A stretch of 64,000 nucleotides of DNA from an uncultured Bacilli bacterium (GTDB lineage: Bacteria; Bacillota_I; Bacilli_A; RF39; UBA660), in contig CALVQK010000005.1 of NCBI GenBank assembly GCA_944358305.1, positions 16,385 through 80,384 on the forward strand, given 5' to 3'. The notes below the pieces were generated by a model. The model was given only the letters and a program-made list of their open reading frames with translations, did no database searches and was not told the origin of the DNA. The translations under genes were made by a program, and so were the position numbers. Shown here piece by piece: positions 17,190-27,127 of this stretch (positions within the stretch are counted from its first letter, which is position 1; each line of letters begins with the position of its first letter).

Positions 17190-18239
17190 ATGAATATAGA
17201 AGATATTAAAAAAGAGATAGAAAAAGAAATAGATGCTGTTAAAGATTTAAAAAAATTAAATGAATTACACGTTAAATACTTAAGTAAAAAGGGAATTATT
17301 ACAGAACTTAATAGTAAAATTAAAGATGTTCCTAATGATAAGAAAAAAGAATTTGGAATGGAAGTTAATTCACTAAGAACTTACTTTAATGAAAAGTATA
17401 ATGCCCTAAAAGATAAGTTTGAAGAAGATGAGTTAAATAAAAAACTTGAAAGTGAAGCGATTGATATTAGTTTACCTAGTACTAAGGTAGAAGTTGGGAC
17501 TCCTCATATATTAGAAAAATTAATAGAAGAAGTCGAAGAGATCTTTATGTCGATGGGTTATGATGTTGTTGATGGCCCTGAAGTAGAAGAAGATAAATAT
17601 AATTTTGAAATGTTAAATATACCTAAAGGTCATCCGGCAAGAGATGCTCAGGATACTTTCTATATTGAAGGAGAAGAGATCTTGCTTAGAAGTCAAACAT
17701 CGCCTGTACAAGTTCGTAGTATGTTAAAAGCAGAAGGTAAAAAACCAGTTAGAGTAATTTGCCCTGGTAAGACTTATAGAAGAGATGATGATGATGCAAC
17801 TCACTCTCATCAATTTATGCAAATAGAAGGATTATTAGTTGATAAGGATATTTCTTTAGCTGATTTAAAAGGGACTTTTGAAGTAGTATTTAAAAAACTA
17901 TTTGGAGATAGTGTTGAGGTAAGACTTAGACCTAGTTATTATCCATTTACAGAGCCTTCTGTTGAAGTAGATATTAGTTGTTTTAATTGTAAAGGTGAAG
18001 GATGTAATCTTTGCAAAAATACAGGATTTATTACCATTTGTGGAGCAGGTGTTGTTCATCCTGATGTTCTTCGTATGGGAGGATATGACCCTAAAGTGTG
18101 GAGTGGCTTTGCTTTTGGTTTTGGAGCAGAACGTGTAGCCATGCTTAAATATGGTATTAATGATATTAGAGTTTTCTATAATACAGACTTAAGAGAAGCT
18201 CGTGTATTTGATAGAAAGGAGATTAGTAGTAATGATTAA
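17190..18239 (+). CDS. pheS: Phenylalanine--tRNA ligase alpha subunit.
   Basis: Class II aaRS motifs: HPARD, FRPSYYPFTEPS, GAGVVHP, GFAFGFGAERVAM. Confidence 0.95.
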   Translation: MNIEDIKKEIEKEIDAVKDLKKLNELHVKYLSKKGIITELNSKIKDVPNDKKKEFGMEVNSLRTYFNEKYNALKDKFEEDELNKKLESEAIDISLPSTKVEVGTPHILEKLIEEVEEIFMSMGYDVVDGPEVEEDKYNFEMLNIPKGHPARDAQDTFYIEGEEILLRSQTSPVQVRSMLKAEGKKPVRVICPGKTYRRDDDDATHSHQFMQIEGLLVDKDISLADLKGTFEVVFKKLFGDSVEVRLRPSYYPFTEPSVEVDISCFNCKGEGCNLCKNTGFITICGAGVVHPDVLRMGGYDPKVWSGFAFGFGAERVAMLKYGINDIRVFYNTDLREARVFDRKEISSND

Positions 18240-20598
18240 TTTAGAATGGGTAAAAGATTATATTGATATAAGTGATCAAGATTTACATGAATTATCGGTT
18301 AAAATAACAGAAGCAGGTATTAATGTTGAGAAGGTTATTACTAATAAGATAGATAATCTAGTTATTGGTGAAGTTAAATCTTGTGTAGATCATCCTGATA
18401 GTGACCATTTACATTTATGTCAGGTTGATGTAGGTAATGATAAATTACAACAAATAGTTTGTGGAGCGCCTAATGTAAGGGAAGGTATAAAAGTAATAGT
18501 AGCTTTACCTGGGGCAGTTTTGCCAGGAGATTTTGCAATTAAAGCTAGTAAGATTCGTGGAGTAGAATCTAATGGTATGATTTGTGCTTTATATGAACTT
18601 GGCCTTGAAGAGAAAAATGATGAAACTTATGCTAAGGGAATTGAAGAGTTAGGAAGCAATGCTGTTGTAGGAAGTGATCCTTTAGTGTATTTGGGACTTG
18701 AAGATACTTTATATGAGTTAGATATTCATAAACATCGTAATAATGATTGTTATTATCATATTGGTTTTGCTTATGAAATTTCTGCAATACTAAATAGAAA
18801 AGTAAAATTACCTGATTTATCTTATAGCGAAGATAAAGACAATATTAATAATCATTTTAAATTAAAGGTAGAAACTTCTAAATGTCCTTATTATTTAGCG
18901 AAGATGGTTACTAATGTAGAAATAGGTGAATCACCTGACTTTATTAAAAGAAGATTATTATCAGTTGGAATGAGACCTATTAATAATGTTGTTGATATTT
19001 CTAATTATGTTATGTTAGAGTTCGGTCAACCACTTCATTTCTTTGATAAAGATTCTTTGGGTGATGAAATTTTAGTAAGAGATGCTAAAGAGGATGAAAA
19101 AATAGTTACTTTAGATGGTAAGGAAAGAACTCTTAAAGCTAGTGATATTGTAATTACAGATGGAAAGAAACCTGTATGTGTTGCTGGGGTTATGGGAGGA
19201 CTTACTACTGAAGTTGAGCCTACTACTAAAACTATTTTAATTGAGTCTGCTATTTTTGATCCTGTTAGTATTAGATATACAGCTAGTCACTTAGATCTTA
19301 GAAGTGAAGCTAGTATAAGATATGGTAAAGGTCTTAGTTATGAATATACTAACTATGCTATTAATAGAGCTTGCCATTTGCTTGAAAAATATGCTAATGC
19401 GACAGTTTTATCTGGAATGGTTAGTTATGAAAATATTGATAAGACTCCTAAAGTTGTAGAGTTTTATCCAATAGAAGTAGATAAAATGTTAGGTATTAAG
19501 ATAGATGAAAAAGATATGATTCATGAGTTAGAGAGACTTGATTTTCCTTATACTATTACTGATGGTAAGTTTAGGGTAACTATTCCTAGTAGGAGACTTG
19601 ATATTGAATCTAATGTTAATGATATTGCTGAAGAGATTGGAAGACTTTATGGCTATCAAAATATTAAAGGGACTCTTCCTAAAGTAGAAATGAGAGATGG
19701 AAATTATATAGGTGATGTTAAATATCGTAAAGAAATATCTAAAAGACTTAGAAGTTTAGGATTAAATGAAGTTAAAACTTATACTTTAGTATCACCTAGT
19801 ATGGCTAGTATGTTTGATTATGAAGACAAGGAAAGAATTGTTTTGCCTAATCCGATGAGTGTTGATAAAAGTGTTATTAGAACTAGTTTATTACCATCAC
19901 TATTAAATGTTTATAATTATAATAAAGCTCGTAAGGTTGATGATATTAATATTTATGAGATTGCTAAAACATATGATAAAGATTATAATGAAGAGTCAAA
20001 AATTGCTTTCTTAATGAAAGGTAATTATGTTGTTAATTCTTGGAAAGGCTCAATGAAAGTAGACTTTTATTTAATAAAAGGAATTGTCGAAAGTATTCTT
20101 GATTATTTAGGTTTTAAAAACCGTTATAGTTTTGTTAAGAGTACAGTTAAAGATTTACATCCAGGAGTATCTGCAGATATCCTTCTTGATCGTAAAAGAA
20201 TTGGTATTGTAGGTAGAGTTCATCCTAAAAAATGTAGCGATGAAGTATATGTGTGTGAGTTATCTTTAAATGCTTTAATGACTAAGGTTAAACCGCTAAA
20301 ATATAAAGAAGCTTCAAAATATCCAACTATTGTTAAAGATGTTGCATTTATTGTTCCTAAAGATATGGCTTCAAGTGAGGTAGAATCTGTTATTAAAAAA
20401 ACTGGTGGAAGACTACTTAATGATATAAAAGTATTTGATGTTTATGAAAAGCTTGATAATAATAAAAAATCTATTGCTTATAATCTTACATTTATGGATA
20501 GTAGTAGAACTCTAACTGATGATGAAGTTATGAGTGTATTTGATAATATTATTAAGAAAGTAACTACTACTTTAGAGGTGGAATTAAGAGATAAATAA
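18232..20598 (+). CDS. pheT: Phenylalanine--tRNA ligase beta subunit. The internal ATG at 18232 is likely; the track start at 18202 overlaps pheS.
   Basis: tRNA-binding domain GEVKSCVDHPDSDHLHLCQVDVG, B3/4 and B5 domains, C-terminal FDV anticodon-binding domain. Confidence 0.9.
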   Translation: MINLEWVKDYIDISDQDLHELSVKITEAGINVEKVITNKIDNLVIGEVKSCVDHPDSDHLHLCQVDVGNDKLQQIVCGAPNVREGIKVIVALPGAVLPGDFAIKASKIRGVESNGMICALYELGLEEKNDETYAKGIEELGSNAVVGSDPLVYLGLEDTLYELDIHKHRNNDCYYHIGFAYEISAILNRKVKLPDLSYSEDKDNINNHFKLKVETSKCPYYLAKMVTNVEIGESPDFIKRRLLSVGMRPINNVVDISNYVMLEFGQPLHFFDKDSLGDEILVRDAKEDEKIVTLDGKERTLKASDIVITDGKKPVCVAGVMGGLTTEVEPTTKTILIESAIFDPVSIRYTASHLDLRSEASIRYGKGLSYEYTNYAINRACHLLEKYANATVLSGMVSYENIDKTPKVVEFYPIEVDKMLGIKIDEKDMIHELERLDFPYTITDGKFRVTIPSRRLDIESNVNDIAEEIGRLYGYQNIKGTLPKVEMRDGNYIGDVKYRKEISKRLRSLGLNEVKTYTLVSPSMASMFDYEDKERIVLPNPMSVDKSVIRTSLLPSLLNVYNYNKARKVDDINIYEIAKTYDKDYNEESKIAFLMKGNYVVNSWKGSMKVDFYLIKGIVESILDYLGFKNRYSFVKSTVKDLHPGVSADILLDRKRIGIVGRVHPKKCSDEVYVCELSLNALMTKVKPLKYKEASKYPTIVKDVAFIVPKDMASSEVESVIKKTGGRLLNDIKVFDVYEKLDNNKKSIAYNLTFMDSSRTLTDDEVMSVFDNIIKKVTTTLEVELRDK

Positions 20599-20631
20599 AA
20601 TAATTACTAGAGATTTAGTTCTCTAGTTTTT

Positions 20632-21135
20632 TTGCGTAGAAAAAAGATCAAAAATAAAAATATCGTTAATAATATAGTAGACACAAGTATTTCTTATTGT
20701 GTGAATATTAAAGAAAGGAGGGTATCTATGTGTAGAGTTGGAGATATAATCGTTGTTAAAGAGTTTAAAGATAAGAATGGTATTGTTGTCCCTAGACATT
20801 CTTTTGTGGTAATTAGTGATGAAGCAGGTATAATTGAAAGTTATTCATATGATTTTATTTCTAATGTTATGTGTAGTTTTCATAGTGAAAGCCATAAGAA
20901 AAAGAAATTAAATATTAAAAGCAATCTAGAAATAGTACCTAATAAAATCAAAGGTAGAAATGTTAACAATAAAAGTGGCTATATTAGGGTAGGTGATTTA
21001 TTTTATTTTAAGAAAGATAAAATAGATTATGAAGTCATTGGTCGTTTAAGTGATGATATGTTAGACAAATTAATAAAGCTAATAATAAAATTAAACCTTG
21101 AAAATGAAACGAAAAATTTAATCAATAATTTATAA
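20632..21135 (+). CDS. Hypothetical protein, probably starting at ATG 20729. Weak resemblance to PemK/MazF-type SH3-barrel N-termini.
   Basis: VGDIIVVKEF...RHSFVVISDE loosely resembles the MazF/Kid GD(I/L)..V.F......RP.VV(I/L)S pattern. RBS aaggagggta. Confidence 0.3.
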   Translation: MRRKKIKNKNIVNNIVDTSISYCVNIKERRVSMCRVGDIIVVKEFKDKNGIVVPRHSFVVISDEAGIIESYSYDFISNVMCSFHSESHKKKKLNIKSNLEIVPNKIKGRNVNNKSGYIRVGDLFYFKKDKIDYEVIGRLSDDMLDKLIKLIIKLNLENETKNLINNL

Positions 21136-21230
21136 TTTGTTTTGTTAATAGCATTTAAAAATATTGACTGTTTGTTACATTAATGATAATATTTGATTGT
21201 ATTAAATTTTATATAAGGAGGAAATATTAT

Positions 21231-21407
21231 ATGGTAAAGAAAAGCATACCAAAGTTTCCTGAAGGGTTCTTTCAACAGAAAAGACCTATACTTAATGCAT
21301 CAGAAGTCCTTAAGGATTTAAAACCTTTTGAATGGGAAGATATTATTGATTTTGATAATGAAAAACCTAAAAAAACAAAAAATAAATTGAGGAGAAATAA
21401 AAAATGA
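21231..21407 (+). CDS. Small hypothetical protein (about 58 aa from the internal M). Its stop overlaps the racemase start.
   Basis: RBS aaggaggaaatattatATG. Confidence 0.3.
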   Translation: MVKKSIPKFPEGFFQQKRPILNASEVLKDLKPFEWEDIIDFDNEKPKKTKNKLRRNKK

Positions 21408-22120
21408 AAACAATTGGTATTATTGGTGGAATGAGTTATGAGTCATCAATTCATTATTATGAAAGAATTAATAATGGAGTTAATGCGATATGTGGTGGTT
21501 TAAACTGTGCTAAAATGATTATTTACAATGTTAATTTTGAAGAGATTAGAAAATTAATGTTAAATGATGAATGGGATAAAATTGGTGTAGAGCTAGCTTC
21601 TATTGCTAAAACTTTAGAAAATGCTGGTGCTGATTATATAGTTATTGCAACTAATACAATGCATAAATTAGCCGATTATATAGAAAGCCAAATAAATATT
21701 CCTATAATTCACATTGCTGACTGTGTTGCTGATAAATGTAAAGAGAATGAAGTATTAAACGTTGGACTTTTAGGTACTGGTTATACAATGAGAGAAGACT
21801 TTTTAAAAGACAGATTAAGAAAAAATGGCTTAACAGTTAGCATTCCAAATAGTGAAAATGAGATTAATGAAATAGATAGAATAATATTTGATGAGCTATG
21901 TAAAGGCAGAATTAATGATAATTCAAGGGATTATTATATTGATGTAATAAATAATATGAAAAAACAAAGTGATATTAAAGGTATAATATTAGGATGTACT
22001 GAAATAGAAATGTTAATTAGTCAAAATGATTTAGATATTCCTGTATTTGATACTACTCAATCACATATTGACTCTATTGTAGATTATTCTTTAGAAAAGA
22101 AATTATTATTAAAAAGATAG
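21404..22120 (+). CDS. Aspartate/glutamate racemase family protein (aspartate racemase-like).
   Basis: IGIIGGMSYESS at the N-terminus and ILGCTEI second catalytic Cys region. Confidence 0.75.
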   Translation: MKTIGIIGGMSYESSIHYYERINNGVNAICGGLNCAKMIIYNVNFEEIRKLMLNDEWDKIGVELASIAKTLENAGADYIVIATNTMHKLADYIESQINIPIIHIADCVADKCKENEVLNVGLLGTGYTMREDFLKDRLRKNGLTVSIPNSENEINEIDRIIFDELCKGRINDNSRDYYIDVINNMKKQSDIKGIILGCTEIEMLISQNDLDIPVFDTTQSHIDSIVDYSLEKKLLLKR

Positions 22121-22398
22121 TGTGTACTATGAAAAAAATCCAAGAAAAATTATAAAAATAGCTTTATATGTTAGTATCGTTTATGATATAGCCAAAATAT
22201 ATTAGATGAGAGGAACTTCATATAATATATGTAAGATGATTTTCTTTTTATGCAGATGTTCTCGCTTGTAGATGGCTGCGAGTAATAAATTATTCTACCA
22301 GAAAATCATATAAACTGTAAAAAAGTATCTAATTTTTCATAAATTATTTACTTTTTTCTTTAGCTTTTCTATACTTTAGTTAGAAAGGTAGGATTTGT

Positions 22399-23280
22399 AT
22401 GAAAGATTATTTTGGTTATAAGGATAAAGTTTGTATTGTAACAGGGGCTTCTAGTGGTATGGGAAAAGCAACAGTAGAAATGTTAGTGGATTTAGGAGCT
22501 ATTTGTTATGCTATTGATTTAAATTCTTGTGAAGTTAAAGGAATAAAAGAGTTTATTAAGTGTGATTTGTCTAAAAAAGAAGAGATAGATAATTTATTTA
22601 GTAAACTTCCAGAACATATTGACTGTTTCTTTGGAGTAGCAGGACTATCTGGATCTAAAACAGATTATATGACAACATTTAATTGTAATTATACGGCTAA
22701 TTTTTATATTACAGAAGAATATTTAACTAAGAGAATGAGTAAAGGTGGTTCTATTGTCTATGTTACTAGTACAGCAGGACTTAATTGGAAAGAGTTTAGA
22801 AAAGAACAGAGTAAGATTGTAAATGTTAATACTTGGGAAGAAGTAGAGAGGGTAGTAGAACCTCTTGCCAAGATTTCTCCTTCAACTTTCGCTTATATGT
22901 ATTCTAAGAGATGTTTATCAGAATATGCAGCTATGGCGGCAGTTAAATTAGGTAAAATGGGAATTAGAGTTAATAATGTAATGCCAGGATCAACTGATAC
23001 AGGTATGAAAGATGAATTTGAAAAAATGGCTGGTGGGGAAGAGGCTCTTTTAGCAGAAACTGGTGTTGCTCATCGTCTTGCAGAAAGTGAAGAAATGGCA
23101 GGGCCTATTGTTTTCTTAAATTCTGATATGGCTAGTTTTGTTTCTGGAGTTGATTTGTGTGTTGATTATGCTGATAATTCCTTGAAAACTTTAGGGTTAA
23201 AAAATGATAGAGAAAAAGTACCTGCTACTAATAAGTTTATTTTAAAGATGGCAAAGAAAATGATGGAGAAGAATAAATAA
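22399..23280 (+). CDS. SDR-family oxidoreductase.
   Basis: VTGASSGMGKA Rossmann motif; YSKRC (YxxxK-like) active-site region. Confidence 0.75.
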   Translation: MKDYFGYKDKVCIVTGASSGMGKATVEMLVDLGAICYAIDLNSCEVKGIKEFIKCDLSKKEEIDNLFSKLPEHIDCFFGVAGLSGSKTDYMTTFNCNYTANFYITEEYLTKRMSKGGSIVYVTSTAGLNWKEFRKEQSKIVNVNTWEEVERVVEPLAKISPSTFAYMYSKRCLSEYAAMAAVKLGKMGIRVNNVMPGSTDTGMKDEFEKMAGGEEALLAETGVAHRLAESEEMAGPIVFLNSDMASFVSGVDLCVDYADNSLKTLGLKNDREKVPATNKFILKMAKKMMEKNK

Positions 23281-23285
23281 TTGTT

Positions 23286-24377
23286 ATGTTTTTAGATCAA
23301 AATGAAACGATGCTTGGAGTAAGCGTTAATTATCAGTTAATAGAGTTATTTAATATAATGAATAAGGTTAAGTCTATTGATGAGTATAATATTTTGAAAG
23401 AAGAATTTTTAAAGTCTCAAGATTTTATTTTTCCTGGTATTAGTGAAAGTAGTTATGAAGAAGTTGTTAATATATATAATAATATAGTTAAATATTGTAA
23501 TATTATTACTCCAGAAGCTGAAGGAAAGATGGGAGCAACAGTAAAAAATAATGTTCCTTTGGTTAAAAATGGGAGTATTAATAAAGATGTGTTTGATTTT
23601 ACATATTTAGATAAAATTGTTCTTTTTGCTAAACAAAATAGGTTGAAAGTTAGATTACATACTTTAGTTTGGCATAAATATTTTCCAAAAATTCTTGATG
23701 ATTGTTCCAAAGAACAGGTTACCAGGTTTTTAGATTCTTATTTTTCTTGTATTGCTTCGAGATATGGAAATGATTTTTTTCCTTGTATTGATGTATTAAA
23801 TGAAATAGCTAGTGAAAATTTTGAAGCTGGAGCAATATTACGAGAGTCTAAGTGGAAAGAAAAACTAGGTAATGATTATTATTTAACAGTGTTAGGGTTG
23901 GCGAGAAAATATTTTCCTAAGGCTTTATTAGTTTATAATGAATATGATGAGTCAGTTAAAGGTAAAAGAGATTGTATAATTAAAATTGTTGAGAAAATTA
24001 AAGAAGAAGAAAAAAGGTCAGGTTTATTACTTTTAAATTGTTTAGGATTACAATCTCATTATCATGAATTTGTTCAAGCCTTTAAAATAGAAGAAGTATT
24101 TCAGTACTTATCTTTAATTAATAAAGATTTACAAATTACAGAGTTAGATATAGTTAAAGTTAACAATAATAATTCTGATAAGATTTTTAATACAATTTTA
24201 GAGTGTTCTTTAAAATATAAAGTTAAATATTTTAGTTTTTGGGGGCCAACTTCAAAGGTTTCTTGGAAATCTTTAAAAGTTAGAACTTTTTTAGATGATA
24301 AAGGTAATATTGATGCTGCTTGTAGAAAAATTGTAGAAGCATTTAGTTTTAAAAATAAAAATGTTAGGAGTTCCTAA
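23286..24377 (+). CDS. Putative glycoside hydrolase family 10-like protein (endo-xylanase-like).
   Basis: LQITELDI (GH10 nucleophile ITELD), LGLQSHY (GxQxH), VLNEIASEN. Weak. Confidence 0.35.
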   Translation: MFLDQNETMLGVSVNYQLIELFNIMNKVKSIDEYNILKEEFLKSQDFIFPGISESSYEEVVNIYNNIVKYCNIITPEAEGKMGATVKNNVPLVKNGSINKDVFDFTYLDKIVLFAKQNRLKVRLHTLVWHKYFPKILDDCSKEQVTRFLDSYFSCIASRYGNDFFPCIDVLNEIASENFEAGAILRESKWKEKLGNDYYLTVLGLARKYFPKALLVYNEYDESVKGKRDCIIKIVEKIKEEEKRSGLLLLNCLGLQSHYHEFVQAFKIEEVFQYLSLINKDLQITELDIVKVNNNNSDKIFNTILECSLKYKVKYFSFWGPTSKVSWKSLKVRTFLDDKGNIDAACRKIVEAFSFKNKNVRSS

Positions 24378-24382
24378 CATTT

Positions 24383-25294
24383 TTAAGTTGCAAGTTCTTT
24401 GTATACATTTTTATCATAATTATGTTGTTCTGCTTCTAAGGCATCTAACTCACTAGTTGTTATTAAGAAAAAGTTATATTCTAGGATGTCACTACCATCT
24501 GTTGTAATAGGATCATCCCAAGTTAAATCTAAATGATACCAAGCATTATTTAAATTAACAGCATTCCAAACATGATTTTCTGAAGATATTTTATAACTTT
24601 TAATATTCATATCTTCTAAGAATAATTCCATAGCATCAGTGTAACCGCCACATAGACTATAGCCTTCTAAAAGTGTTCCATAGGCAGTATCTGATTTGTA
24701 TTTAACAATATTATTATCGCTTCTATCACTATCATATTTGCTATTATTGATAATATAATTATGAGCTTCTTTAATTTTATCTTCATTAGTCATAGTATCT
24801 TGCCAAATTTCTTCTTCGATTTTCTTGACTTTGGCTTCAATTAATTTAATATCGCTGTTACTGTAAATATGATCAATTTTTAGTGTTACTTTGCCATAAT
24901 CATCATAGCTTGTTTCTAGATGTCTAAAACTATTAAATGGATGAACAAAATTATTTATAGTTGAAAGTACAGTTTGATTATTTGCAAGACTATTAACATC
25001 AGTTAAACAGTTAGTATACTCATCAGGACAATAGAAGGAAAATTCTGTTTCTCCAGAGTTTAGAACTGTATAATAGATATTTAATAAGTCTTGATAATTA
25101 TTTGGTGAAAAATCATCAGTTAATTGAACATAATTAAAATCATAATCTCTAGTATAATCATTTGAAGCGGTTAAAGTAACATCTTTATCTTCATTAATAA
25201 AATAAGTTCTATATAAATTATATAATGGCTTTCTAAAAGCAAAGGTAAAGCCAAATAAAATAATTAGAAATATTAAAACAATGTATTTTTTCAT
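24383..25294 (-). CDS. Transglutaminase-like cysteine protease domain protein, N-terminally anchored.
   Basis: N-terminal TM. Core LCGGYTDAMELF...HVWNAVNL..WYHLDLTWDD (Cys-His-Asp). Confidence 0.6.
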   Translation of the reverse strand: MKKYIVLIFLIILFGFTFAFRKPLYNLYRTYFINEDKDVTLTASNDYTRDYDFNYVQLTDDFSPNNYQDLLNIYYTVLNSGETEFSFYCPDEYTNCLTDVNSLANNQTVLSTINNFVHPFNSFRHLETSYDDYGKVTLKIDHIYSNSDIKLIEAKVKKIEEEIWQDTMTNEDKIKEAHNYIINNSKYDSDRSDNNIVKYKSDTAYGTLLEGYSLCGGYTDAMELFLEDMNIKSYKISSENHVWNAVNLNNAWYHLDLTWDDPITTDGSDILEYNFFLITTSELDALEAEQHNYDKNVYKELAT

Positions 25295-25406
25295 AGTAGC
25301 CTCCTATTTAATTCTAGCAAGGATGGTTTATTTTGTAAATGTAAAACCAATTAAATTATTTCAATCTATGTAAATAGTGTTATACTAATAGGAATGGAGG
25401 ATAAAG

Positions 25407-26168
25407 ATGAAAAATAATATATTAAAGCAATATTATTTGGATACAGAAAAATATTATTTAGACATGAATAAGGAAAAAGCTTCAGCTATTTTAGAAGAAT
25501 GTAAAAAGTTTAGAATTTACCATAAATATGATAAAGATAATCCACTTAATAATTTGCTTTTAAATTATATGAAAATGAAGGAAAAGAATAAAGAAGCTGT
25601 TTTAGATGATATTTTAGATAAGTATGGTATTAATTATAATTCATCTGTTCAAAGTGCTATTTCTTATCTTTTAAATGATAGTCCTTATACTTTGTTATGG
25701 CCAGGGATTATATCTAAAGATAAAGTAAATTCTAAATATATATTAGAGACAAAACATGGGAAGATTTGTGTTTATAAAGCTAGTGAATTTTTTAGCCATA
25801 GTAAAATTGGCTATGTTTTTAGAAGGCGTTTACGAGGACAATGTTTTGATAGAACTTTAGAGTTTATCGAAGAAAAAAGAGATTATAGAGCAGTTTTATC
25901 TTTTGAAGATAATTTGTTAGGGGGAGGACATTTCCATACTTATTTAGAAAAAGGTAATATTACCCTTGATATTTCTAGTAATGCTTTGTATATAGATGAA
26001 GAGGAAAAAAATAAAGTGCTTAATGGTCAAGTTTTGGAAAGAATTAATTATGATGAGATTCTATCTTCTTTTGATAAAGTAAGGGAAGAGATACCTAATA
26101 TATCTAGTAATGCTAATAAACTAGCAGTGTTAGCTTTATATCATGGTATGAAAAAAGGAATAAAATAA
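25407..26168 (+). CDS. Hypothetical protein (253 aa).
   Basis: ORF with an RBS ggaggataaagATG. Confidence 0.4.
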   Translation: MKNNILKQYYLDTEKYYLDMNKEKASAILEECKKFRIYHKYDKDNPLNNLLLNYMKMKEKNKEAVLDDILDKYGINYNSSVQSAISYLLNDSPYTLLWPGIISKDKVNSKYILETKHGKICVYKASEFFSHSKIGYVFRRRLRGQCFDRTLEFIEEKRDYRAVLSFEDNLLGGGHFHTYLEKGNITLDISSNALYIDEEEKNKVLNGQVLERINYDEILSSFDKVREEIPNISSNANKLAVLALYHGMKKGIK

Positions 26169-26187
26169 AAAACAGGTAAAACCTGTC

Positions 26188-26736
26188 TTAAATTGCTCTA
26201 TATTTATCACTATCTTTATAAGGATTTTTAGGATCAATATAATCTGTAAACATAACACCATTTAAGTGATCAATTTCATGTTGGAAGGCAATAGCTAGTT
26301 CTTCTCTTGCTCTTATTTTTATTTTGTTGCCTTTAGTATCATATCCTTCGACGGTAACTCTTGCATATCTTGGAACTATTCCATCAACTTCTCTATTAAC
26401 AGAAAGACAACCTTCTCCCATTTCGACATAGATTTTTTCAGCTGAATTACTAACAATTTTGGGATTACAAATAATATAAGTATCAAATTCTTCTTCGTCT
26501 ACTTCATGAACAATGGTTAAATATCTTTTAGGTATACCTAATTGAATAGCAGCCATACCCATACCAGGACGTAAGTTGTATTTTTCTGATAATCTTTCGA
26601 TTTGGCTATTAGTTAAATATTCTACCATTAAGTCAATAGTTTTTAAATCTTCTTTGTCTAGTGGGAAAGTAACATCTTTACTAACTGTTCTTAATCTTTT
26701 ATCTTTTTCATCTAATATATCTTTATTTCTTAACAT
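26188..26736 (-). CDS. def: Peptide deformylase.
   Basis: GxGxAAxQ (MGMAAIQLG), EGCLS, QHEIDHLNG motifs. Confidence 0.9.
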   Translation of the reverse strand: MLRNKDILDEKDKRLRTVSKDVTFPLDKEDLKTIDLMVEYLTNSQIERLSEKYNLRPGMGMAAIQLGIPKRYLTIVHEVDEEEFDTYIICNPKIVSNSAEKIYVEMGEGCLSVNREVDGIVPRYARVTVEGYDTKGNKIKIRAREELAIAFQHEIDHLNGVMFTDYIDPKNPYKDSDKYRAI

Positions 26737-26801
26737 CTAAAATACCCCATTTCTTGCTATATTTTAACATAAATCTAAAAAAAAAGAAAGGGAAACCTTT
26801 C

Positions 26802-26981
26802 TTAACGGGTAAATCTGGCACCAATTACAATAACTAGTAGTATAAATAAAACTAAGATTATGGCATAGTTATTGTTATTATTACCCCAGCCCCAACCACA
26901 ACTGCAACTAGGGAACCACCACTGGTTAGAGCATCCGCAGCTTGGGAATGAATTAAATGATCCACCACCATAATAATACAT
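26802..26981 (-). CDS. YjcZ-like small sporulation protein (Gly/Cys/Trp-rich N-terminus plus C-terminal TM). Likely start is the internal M.
   Basis: MYYYGGGSFNSFPSCGCSNQWWFPSCSCGWGWGNNNNNYAIILVLFILLVIVIGARF. Composition typical of the YjcZ family. Confidence 0.5.
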   Translation of the reverse strand: MYYYGGGSFNSFPSCGCSNQWWFPSCSCGWGWGNNNNNYAIILVLFILLVIVIGARFTR

Positions 26982-27127
26982 AGTTAAAAACCTCCTTTTT
27001 CTATTATAGAATATGAAAAAATATGTCAAATTGTTAATGAATTCGACTAGGTAACTTTAAACTATCTTAAATTTGTGTTATTCTTAAAGAAAAAGACTAA
27101 ATAATATACGAAAGGGGTAGTTTTAGA

